Made by a program: the position numbers and the translations under genes. DNA of 64,000 nucleotides from the NCBI GenBank assembly GCA_964016885.1, contig OZ024751.1, positions 34,100,001 through 34,164,000 of the forward strand, in the 5' to 3' direction. Below are positions 53,958-64,000 of the stretch, piece by piece. The notes beneath the pieces are model-generated. The model was not told the DNA's origin. It saw nothing but the letters and a program-made list of their open reading frames with translations, and made no database searches. Source of the stretch: Eledone cirrhosa. Lineage: Eukaryota. How positions within the stretch are numbered: position 1 is the first letter of the stretch; every line of letters begins with the position of its first letter.

Positions 53958-54397
53958 AATCGGCTCACTGTGTTGTGGTTTCAGATCCTACTGCAGTCAA
54001 ATTGTCTTACTACAGTTAAGATGTGCTTAGTTGTGTTCGCGGTAACGCCCAAGAAAAACAGTGGATTAAACCAGCTTATCTTCCTGGAGAGCGCAGTAGC
54101 TCGGTGTTCTCTGTGCATAGTAATGTTCTGTCGAGGCCGCTTCTATACGGTTTAGGCAAGTAGTCAGACATACAGACAAACAAACAGACAGACAGGCAAT
54201 CAAGCAAGCAGACAGGTAGACAGATATTTGCAAAATTTAGAAAAATAGGAAGTAATTTCGATAGATATCTTGCTTCCCAGCATGAGCAGACATTACAGAA
54301 CAAATAGCGAGCAAGTAATCTATATAAACCGCTATACAATCATATACATATATATATGTGTGTGGGGGGGGGGGTACACGTGTGTGTGTATTTATGC

Positions 54398-54429
<32 letters not shown>

Positions 54430-54469
54430 GCATAAATACACACACGTGTACACACACACAAGTAGTCAG

Positions 54470-54525
<56 letters not shown>

Positions 54526-54644
54526 GTGTTTGCGAGCGTTTGTGTGTATGTTTGGGAGTTTGTATTCATAGTATTATGAATGTACGTATATATTTATGTG
54601 TGAAAAAGTTTTACTTTTCTTTTTCTTCCTGTTAGTATTATTGT

Positions 54645-54709
<65 letters not shown>

Positions 54710-55156
54710 ATGTTCCCATATTTCATTCGTTAATTTCTTTTTTGCCCTGTCTCCTTCCCCTCCATCTAGCAACCACCCACAGTCCCTCCAGCCACCCCTT
54801 ACTTTACTAATCTATTATCTATTATATATCGGTTGTTTTGCGACGATTGTCAATATCACAACTTCATGATTAGTCACACATCATTGACTTTGGTTCGATT
54901 ATATGCAAGTTTACAACATCACACATACACACACACACATGTATATATATATATATATATATTAGGAGGGTGGTTATACGTGCAAAGTTCTCGCCATATA
55001 TATAAACTCCGCATATCAGATGAGCTGTCGATGCTCAGTCGGTCTCCGGTCATATTATAATTGGACCTTCAGCTGATCGATATTATCACATGTGAATAAA
55101 GTTTATATATGATGCAATCTTGAGACTTTGTTCCTGCTTACTTTTATATGCACTTA

Positions 55157-55277
55157 ATAATTGTTTCTACGTTAGGCACAAGGCCAGCAATTACCCAGTG
55201 TATTACTGGTACTTTATTTTATCGACCCCGTAAGGATGAAAGGCAAAGTTAACCTCGGCGGGATTTGAACTCAGAAT
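55157..55277 (-). mobile_element. SINE family 1, 5'-truncated, with apparent target-site duplication
   Basis: Near-identical to 5772-5890. ATATGCACTTAATAAT occurs on both sides (55146-55161 and 55276-55291). Confidence 0.85.
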
Positions 55278-55329
55278 ATGCACTTAATAATGAAGCAAAA
55301 TGATTGAAGACGACGATAAAATGACATTT

Positions 55330-55595
55330 TAGTGGTTAGGGAGTTTAACCCATGATCATAATGTCGTGGCTTCGATTTCTGGTGCGGACAACGCCTTGTG
55401 ATCTTGAGAAAGTCACTTCATTTCCCGCTTCTCCAGATGAAAACTAATAAATACTATCAACAGTTGCGGGTTTGCTCTGCTACAGACCGACATTATGTCC
55501 CATGGGAAGGGGTCCTATATTCTCTGTCACTTAACACCAACGAAACCGAAATATCTCCCGATCTGATGAGCCTTTGGGCTTGAGACAGATTCTAA
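55330..55595 (+). mobile_element. tRNA-derived SINE with a different body
   Basis: AGTGGTTAGG..GCTTCGATTTC head, CTTGAGAAAGTCACTT, tail GAAACCG..CTGATGAGCCTTTGGGCT. Confidence 0.55.
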
Positions 55596-57007
55596 CTTTG
55601 TATGAAGACATTTATAAAAAGGGTTTTTGATTTAGATTACTGGCTTCTGGGACCCTAAAGAAGATAACTTTCTTAGTGGCCTTTTAAAGAACAAATTTTG
55701 TTAAAATCAGACGATAAAATCTTTGTATTTGTGCAAGAGGGAGAGGGAGCGTGAGAAACGAATGAATATAAAAGATTATCAACCTCGCTGCCATTAATAT
55801 TGATTATGTCAATTATAAATTTGTATAATCGTGTCTCGAGAAGAAATCGTTTTTTAGCAAATCAGAAAAATAAGGGAGAAGATAATAAAATATCTTTATT
55901 TCCATTTTTGTTCTTCTTCCGATAAAGGAGGGAAATATTAATAATTTTTTTTTAATATGATATATATATATATATATATGCTAAATAATAAACTATTTTT
56001 CTCCTCGGCAACGAACGGCATTGATTATGTCAACTAGTTCAAGAATTGTGAAGAAAAGAAGAAAATAATAACTTTTTGAACAATAACAACAATAAACTGT
56101 CTGAATAGCTTATCTTTTTTTCAGATAAGGGACGGGGGTGGTAGTCATAGAAATCAGCAGGAAAACGGCTCTTCAAAAAAAAAATCACAAAACAAAGAAA
56201 TTAAAAGGAAATAAAGAAAAATATAAAAAGGAAATTGAAATGAAACGAAAGAATCATATCTTTTATATGATTGTTCCTTTTACTGTTCTTTTTCGTTTCG
56301 TTTCATTTTCATTTATGTTTTTTTTTCGTTTACGAAGAACCTACTGCACTTTGTTTTGTTTTCTGTATTACTCCGCCCCCGACATCTCTATCTCACTATT
56401 TTATCTCCACAGTCAATCATTGACAAAATTTATAAACCAAAAAGTTGTTTTTTAAAGTGATTTATATCACCCCGGCATTATGATGTACTGTTTGATATTT
56501 TTCAGTGGGGTGAGAACTTTTAGGAGGCGCAGCTAGCTGTGTCTGACCAGCAGAGTTGAACAATTGGTTTCATTTCAGAAGTGCTCACTGTGTGTTGGGT
56601 TCAAGTCCCAAACACAATCCTTCTTTTTCTGCTATTTTCAGGAATTCTTTATATCGATTGTTGTGTAGCTTGATGCCAACAATAGCTTCTGGTTATTTCT
56701 ATACCAGAGTAAAGCGAGAGATTCCTGGAATACCTACAGGTTAACAACTATCTTGTAATCATTTTTTTCTTTTTGTTTTGGAAGTAAAAAGTCACACACA
56801 CACATATGATATATATAGAGAGAGAGAGGGGAGTTATTTAGATAGATAGTTTTACGAATACAGAATTACATGCATACATTTTCTTTATGTATAGGTGGGT
56901 ATCTTCGTTATGTATATATACATATATATATACACACGAAATTCCAATACATATCTGTATACAGCTATGCATGAAGCTAAATCCTAATTCTATTCTCTCT
57001 ATATATA

Positions 57008-57090
<83 letters not shown>

Positions 57091-57871
57091 GAAGAAGTTT
57101 ATGAAATAGAAATGCGGGTATAAAGAATATATTAGGTAACAATTGTTTCTATAGTGTGTGGGTTACCTATACCTCGCTATTTGTATAATATAAAAATATT
57201 ATCATAAATCGTAGGTACACTGTAAGAGAACACACCATGTCGTCAGACCTTTATGGTAAAATGATAGGAGAATATTTTATACACTAGATATGTGAGAAAG
57301 TAGGAGGTAGGAAGGGAAGAGGAAGAGGGAAGCGAGTAAGGGGGAGGTAGTCTTAGGATTCAAGACTGTCAGAGTAGTAGAGATTGTATAGAAGAAAATG
57401 TTTTGGCAGCAGTTAGCTAAATGAGGCGTGTTAGGGTTGGTGGGGGAAGTAAATTCTTCTAGTGGTGTTGTTTGGACAAAACATATATATATATGTTTGT
57501 ATAACTCCTTAATAAAGACAGGATTAATAAAGACAGGATTTTTAATCATACTAGAACTCAATGTAATATTGATGTGAATATCCCATCGAAGCTACATGAA
57601 AACTATTTTTGTAGAAAGATATTACTTTACATTTCTTTAGGTATTCAGAACTAAAGTCAGATACATAATGTTAAACAATGAAAGAATAAGGCAGGGTGCT
57701 GTAGTTGATTAATCTATTGTTTACGATCGTTTCAAAGGGCAAAATTATCGATAACAGTTATGCAACTCCATGCCATTAGTTTCGGCAAAATACACCTATT
57801 CTGCCCTATAACCGGCTCACAAATTACTTACTGCATTTAGCGGAGTTAATTTGCTGCAAGTATTCGGGGCA

Positions 57872-58025
57872 GATCTCCAGTTTGTGGAGGGTGTCTTCTT
57901 GGATCTCCAGTTCGAGAGGTAATGTCTTCCAGAATCTCCAGTTTGAAGAGGATCTTCCTGGGTCTCCATTCTGTGAGGGTACGTGTCTTCCTGGATCTCC
58001 AGTTTGGGGTTACCTTCCTGGATGC
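57872..58025. repeat. ~30-bp diverged tandem repeat (TCTTCCTGGATCTCCAGTTTG..)
   Basis: About five units. Confidence 0.8.
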
Positions 58026-59154
58026 CTCCCACTCGTTTCGGAAACTTCCTCACTAAACAGTAAAAAAACATTATTAGTCTAATGACTTTTTTTTTTTGCA
58101 TCTTTTTGCTAATCCTTCTCTCTGAAATTCCAACTACTGGTCGTTTGATTGATCTGTTCTTCATACTTTCTTTGGTATTTATTTCCCTTATTTTCTCCAT
58201 TTTCCGTTAAATTCCAAAATTTCCTGGTTGGCTTTCAATAAAGTTCTCTTCCATTGCTATATTTTAAATATCCGTCAATACGTTCTCATAATTAATTCGA
58301 TACATTCTCTCCATTACTTCTGTATTATTTATTTCTCGACCCTTTAGCTATACAACTTTTCATTTATTCAATTTTTTACATTTAATTTTTTTAAGCTGAC
58401 ACATTTGTTTGTTTGTTTTGTTTTGCTTACATATAAAATGTTGATTATCTAATATATATTTATTCCTGCTTTTCACAAAATACGACACTATGGAAATACG
58501 AGAGAAATTTCGGTGACGGAAATAAACGCAATGTGCTTTAAAATATAAGTTCCTTCATGCATGGAATGCCTTGTTTTTGGTTGACCTAGGGTTAAAAAAC
58601 AATGAGAAGACCAACGAATGCCCCGCCCCCCCCCCCTTCTCCCTCTCTCTGTATACACACACAATTTCCTTGTACAAGTTACATGTCACTTCCATCCGTC
58701 TCAATTATATTCCCCTCCGACCCCGCTTCTATTTTCTATCAGTCATTCTTCCATGTTAATGATGGATTAAGTTTCCTGGGAATCTAAACTTGCAGATTAA
58801 GCACGCCTGCATTTATATTTATCTGTGAGCTGTCAATTGTTATCTTAACGTTGCTTAAGCTAGCCATCATCTAAGCTTTCGTTTTCGCTTCATCCCATCA
58901 CTCATCCCTTCACCGTATTTATTCCGATTTTTCCATCAACAATTTTCACTTCGTCTTCGATGCTAAGCATTGCGTCATCTGCACTTTTCCTTCCGTGTGT
59001 GTTTGTATGCGTGTGTGTGTCTGTGTTTGTATGTGTTTGTATGTGTGTGTGTGTCTGTATTTGTATGTGTATATATGTGTCTATGTGTGTCTATGTATGT
59101 GTCTTTGAGGTTGGAGTTAGGATTATGGTTGGGGTTAGGTTTAGGGTTAGGGTT

Positions 59155-59260
59155 GGCAATTTTCCGGGCTCTCTGCACTCTGAGTTTAAATCTCGCAGAA
59201 GTCAATGTTTTTTTTTTTCATCCTATTGAGATTCATAAAGTTCAATCTATACTAGGATGA
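59155..59260 (+). mobile_element. SINE family 1, diverged fragment
   Basis: CTCTGAGTTTAAATCTCGCAGAAGTCAA..TTTCATCC. Confidence 0.5.
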
Positions 59261-59296
59261 TTTTCTGTCAGAGTTTGATTTAGTTCCTGTATTATG

Positions 59297-59650
59297 TCAG
59301 CGACTTCTTGGATGCTTTGCAAAATCTGCAGCATAAACTGATTTTAGCTCGCATTTCAATCCATCGAAATCTAATATGTTTATAACGACATCCAAAGATG
59401 AAAACGCTTCGATCGGAAATTTTTTTTCGTAAGAGTGAAAAAACTTTGGATCCAACAATTCAACAAATCTGAACTCTCCCACTGTTTTCTTTTCTCGGCG
59501 TGAACATTAACTTCATCCAAAAAGTTGATAAACGAAATTCTTAAAACAGCTTCTTGATATTGACCATGTTTCTTTTGAGATTCAACGACAACATCCAGAA
59601 CCCGGCAATAAAATTCCTCAATCTTGATGTTCGTGATATCAGAAGGTGTG
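59297..59650 (-). mobile_element. Degenerate hAT-like (ZMYM1/Tip100-type) transposase C-terminal fragment
   Basis: EEFYCRVLDVVV and FVELLDPKFFHSYEKKFPIEAFSSL...DFDGLKCELKSVY resemble the region preceding the hAT dimerisation domain. Confidence 0.55.
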
Positions 59651-59925
59651 TATGTCGTCAAATCAACCACAAGGACACATGTTTGATGGGTATATTCCCC
59701 CATTCGCTCATAGTATTATTCTGAAATGGACATAAACGTTATATACAGTTCTGCATGGTTCCATTTCATACTATGAAAAGTGCACTGACGTCGAGTACTT
59801 ATTCCTGCTTACAATAATATTTATTGATCAATGTTTGCGACTGCCAAACTAAACACTGATTAATTTGCACGAAATAACCACAACTATACATAACCATTTG
59901 GAGAAAATATATGTGTGTGTGCGAC

Positions 59926-59996
<71 letters not shown>

Positions 59997-60817
59997 CCAA
60001 CCATATATATATATACACACACACCCAACCATAGATATAAAACTGTAGAGCAAATATTTATTATTAGCACAGATTAAAAGTTGAAGGTGAAAGCAGAAAC
60101 TGTTTAGTCAAAATTTTAAGAAGAAACTTTGACAGTGATTTGTTTGATTTGTTTGAGTAGAAATAAAAATTGCCTTTAACAGACATTTTATATTTAAATT
60201 CACACTTCAAATCTTGTTTTGAGTTGACTTAGTCTTTCATCCGGGAGAATGGTTGGCACAATGGTTAAAACACCAAAGAATATATATTTAACAATGTCTT
60301 TTTTAAATGTCCCCATCAAATCCTGTTTTCTCTTGTTTTTGTCTTTCATCCTTCCAAGGTCACTAACAAGGTCACCAAAATAAATAGAAATCAATTACTG
60401 AAGACTATTTAATTGACTGATTTTCTTCCTTATTCATGAACTTTGACCAATATTAGAAATTATTTTGATTAAACAAAAAAAATGTTTTCTGCCTTTATTT
60501 GTTATTTTTCATTAATACTGGTTTTACAGTATTTTAATTTGTCTAACTTCGTCTAAACACTTCTCATTTATCTTCTAAGTATTTAAACTGCCAATAATTT
60601 ATACTCCGTTTCTATCTTTAAATCTTTCAAAATTTTTCAATTTATTTGCAGCTTTCTTCTCTATTTTATTCCTACTGTACTGGTACAATCAAACACATTC
60701 AAACCTATTTAGAAATATATTTACCACAAATATATTTATCACAATCTCAATAACACATTTGTTTTCTTGCCTTCTCAATATCAACTACTCTAGACAAATT
60801 TCCGATGACGTAAACTA

Positions 60818-60985
60818 GGGGCGGCGAATTGGCAGAGTCGTGAGAAAATTGGATAGAATGCTTTGTGGTATACGTTCCGTCCCTCTGTGCTCTGAATTAA
60901 AATACCACTGATATCAACATTGCCTTTGCTTTATATCCTTTCGAGGGCGATAAACAAAGTACCAGTCCAGTACTGGTGTTGATTC
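60818..60985 (+). mobile_element. SINE family 1, with head
   Basis: GGGGCGGCGAATTGGCAGAGTCGT..., TTGCCTTT..ATCCTTTCGAGGGCGATAAACAAAGTACCAGTCCAGTACTGG. Confidence 0.7.
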
Positions 60986-61798
60986 TAATATTGGTATGAA
61001 TGAATGAAAATGTATAAGCAATCTCCTCAAACATAAAATCCACGTACATCAACGAGACAAAGACTAATGTTCCTATCTTATCAAAGTACGAGGCTTGAAA
61101 AATTGATTAGTTGAAACCAACTGGTTAATGATCAAACATTGCACGCCTTACATAAATGACACAAAGCAAAGCCCATTATGCACAGCTGAGAAATACTTCC
61201 TTTTAAGAAAGTAAACGTCTACTTTAATCAGGAAGATAGAAATTGTAAATATGAACTCACGTAAACATATTCTACCTGACAAATTACAATATTGAAATAG
61301 AATCTGATTAATCTATAGGTCATTTATAAGTAAACTAGAGAACCTGGAAATTTTTACAGCATGGAGTCTCCCGGTAACTAATACCAAGGATAATTCTGTG
61401 AACAGATGAATCATTGTTAATATGTAATAATTGTCTCTCCAAAATGAAAAAAGGGGAGGAAAATATAGTTTAATTTTACTATAATATAATAATATATTTT
61501 ACTGTATTAGATGTATGAGAAGCTATTTCCAGGTATAGTTGCACGAGACATAAGAAGGCTCCTCAGGACTAGACATATTGAGTAGCACAGCTTGCAACAG
61601 ATAATATATTTAGTGAGAGAAAAATAGTTAGAGATGTGTTTATTTCTGTGTGTATATATATATTCCACATGCCATACATATAGTCACACACAGTAACACA
61701 GACACACACTTATCTCATACACACATCCACATATAGTCGTATATGATTCTACCTAGATATATCGTACGTCATTCATTTTCCTTAATCCCCTTCCCACG

Positions 61799-62158
61799 TA
61801 TATATACATCTATGCGTATGTGTGTATGTGTGTATATATATATATGTGTGTATGTATGTGTATATATATATATATGTATGTGTATGTATGTATACATATA
61901 TATATATGTATGTATGTGTATATATATATATATATATATACATCTGTATATATATGTATATATACATGTGTATGTATATATATATATACATCTGTATATA
62001 TATGTATATGTATGTATATTTATATATATATATATATATGTGTATGTATATATATATATATATACATATATATACATGTGTATGTATATATATATACATG
62101 TGTATGTATATATATATATATATATACATGTGTTTGTATATATATATATATACATGTG

Positions 62159-62211
<53 letters not shown>

Positions 62212-62302
62212 GTGTATATATATATATATACATATATATACATGTGTATGTATATATATATATACATATGTATGTATATATATATATAGATATATGCATG
62301 TG

Positions 62303-62335
<33 letters not shown>
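61799..62335. repeat. Compound (TA)/(TG)/(TATG) array
   Basis: Direct reading. Confidence 0.95.
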
Positions 62336-62338
<3 letters not shown>

Positions 62339-62339
62339 G

Positions 62340-62730
62340 TGACGAAACATAAGTCAATTGCATGAACTCATAATCATTTATTTACTGCTATATATATTTC
62401 GATGACAGCCATTGAATGACTATGACCTCATCAGGCAGTTAGTCAGTTCTTAGATATGCCAGCTCTGTGTTTATAGTTTTGATGGTATCAGAGCCTTGGG
62501 ACATATTGATACCATCAACACTATAAACACAGTGCTGGCATATCTAAGAACTGACTAACTGCCTATTGAGGTCATAGCCATTCAATGGCTATCATCGAAA
62601 TATATATAGCAGTAAATAAAGGATTATGAGTTCATGAAATTGACTTATGTTTCGTCAGTATTATAACTCCAGAACTTATATCTTCGTAGAGTGCTCCCTA
62701 TCCGCATACTGAAGTAGTGGATTTTACCAA

Positions 62731-62734
<4 letters not shown>
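62340..62734. mobile_element. Fold-back palindromic element (151-bp arms, 16-nt spacer, ~76-bp tail) with hammerhead, in (TA)n
   Basis: Arms 62340-62490 / 62507-62657; TA-rich arrays on both sides. Confidence 0.82.
62384..62439 (-). ncRNA. Type-I hammerhead ribozyme motif
   Basis: ACTGC-CTGATGA-G..ATAGTCAT/ATGGCTGT..C-GAAAT-atat-AT-A-GCAGT, then AATAAA. The mirror copy near 62558-62613 has a damaged core (CTATTGA). Confidence 0.78.
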
Positions 62735-62771
<37 letters not shown>

Positions 62772-62824
62772 TGGGAAAGTAAGAAATCGGAGAATAGACC
62801 GTTAAAACATGTGTATTTAAAACA

Positions 62825-62864
62825 GCACCTACGTACGTTTCGCCCAGTTGGGCTTCTCAAGGGC
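62825..62864 (-). ncRNA. Minimal hammerhead motif with U3-A8 variant core
   Basis: GCCC-TTGAGAA-GCCCaactGGGC-GAAAC-gtac-GT-A-GGTGC. Strong stem II, palindromic loop III, short or bulged stem I. Confidence 0.62.
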
Positions 62865-63857
62865 ATAAAAAATCAAAAGTGTTCCTTACATTGCTCGGAA
62901 AGAGTTTTTGGGGTTAAATCCACGTCAAGGTTCATTGCTCGCAAAAATAGCTTGTTTTGATTTTGCAGCAGGTCAAGGGAGGTAACTCTGGCCGGTGTTA
63001 GGGCAGTCTTTCCCGGACAAATTTTTTTTATCTTGGCTGCCCCATTTCCGTGCTTTCTACATTTCTTAGTGGTATCTTTGCTTTAATTTCCCGTATATCA
63101 GTAATTTTTTTTAGGGGGGGGGGGGGGGGGTTCTGAATTAATTTTCCCTATCAAATTTTTCATATACTTCGTACGAGCATTTATGTGGTTTGCACTAGAA
63201 TTTTTGTATCGTAGCGGCACCCTTAGAGATAGTATTAGTATTCATTTTCGGGATTCTGAATTATTATTTCGTATTAGTTTATTTTTTTGCACTGGGTGGT
63301 TGCTGGCCTTGTGCCTAGGGTAGAAACAATTATTTCGTATTAGTCTCGGGACTCTGAATTATTATTTTGTGGTAGTTTCTTTAGTATTTTGGCCCCCCAC
63401 TTGTTGATCTGTCACCGTAAGATATACTCGGTTGATTACTACTAACTCTTAAAATGGTCTCATTATAATTCCGTCCCACCTAGTAAACTTTTCTATAGTT
63501 GAGCAGTACCAGTGAGAGACTTGATGACTGTCGTTAGGGAAAAGTAACCAGAAATTGTTTTTTTTTTTAACCTTTTAACATTCTCGGTATTCTTCTATAT
63601 ATTTACCCCATATTGTTTTACTTATTGTTTCGACTTCCTCCCCCTCCCCCTCCCTAGTATACTTGCTTGACCTCCTACCCTGCTGTAGTTGGCACTATCA
63701 ACGCACGACTGGGTTTCCACCACCCCCTCTCCCTCTTTATTCTACTGGCAGGTTCAGCTACCCCTTCCTTCCACAAATTGCCATGATAGAATTATGTGTC
63801 TCAACAACAAACTTTTGACCAATCCTTGTGACAATCACTTTTACCATATATGGAATT

Positions 63858-63953
63858 AACTCCTGAGAAGCTCGGCTATTCATATACCAGGATAAAAATG
63901 TTCATTTAGTCCAGAATTAGCCGTCGAAACGGCTTGAGCTCAGCCGTCGGGGT
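63858..63953 (+). ncRNA. Full-length hammerhead-like motif of family B (extended stems II and III)
   Basis: ACTC-CTGAGAA-GCT-CGGCTA...TAGCCG-TC-GAAAC-GGCTtgagctcAGCC-GT-C-GGGGT. The core has a C3-A8 mismatch. Confidence 0.55.
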
Positions 63954-64000
63954 GCTACTCGTTCCTATATATATATACACATACATATATATATATATAT

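Noticed and set aside
55540-55590. Hammerhead from GAAAC...CTGATGAGCCTTTGGGCT
   Set aside because: No GAAA after the GCC/GGC stem and the stems do not close; it is part of a SINE tail.
57817-58200. 127-aa Lys-rich ORF including the ~30-bp repeat
   Set aside because: No family motif; the repeat units do not keep frame.

Overview
AT-rich, extremely microsatellite-dense eukaryotic DNA, probably intronic or intergenic. The SINE types and (TA)/(TG)/(GATA) density suggest a cephalopod such as Octopus; this is inference only. No host protein-coding gene can be supported, and nearly all listed ORFs are simple-repeat artefacts. Real coding signal is all transposon-derived: one near full-length, disabled L1/Tx1-clade retrotransposon (26533-32155, minus) inserted in a (GATA)n tract, a 5'-truncated RTE in (TA)n, and relics of RTE, CR1/L2, Chapaev3-like, hAT-like and mariner-like elements, plus many tRNA-derived SINEs. 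The most interesting signal is a set of short, non-coding inserts in (TA)n tracts built as asymmetric fold-back palindromes (3.6, 14.0, 34.5, 35.0 and 62.3 kb). They carry whole or half minimal type-I hammerhead ribozyme motifs, and their otherwise dissimilar unpaired tails share a GAGTRCTC motif. Further hammerhead motifs lie at 17.5, 62.8 and 63.9 kb. These look like several families of non-autonomous Penelope-like retroelement ends in which the palindrome may be rebuilt at each insertion. All alignments and folds were done by eye.
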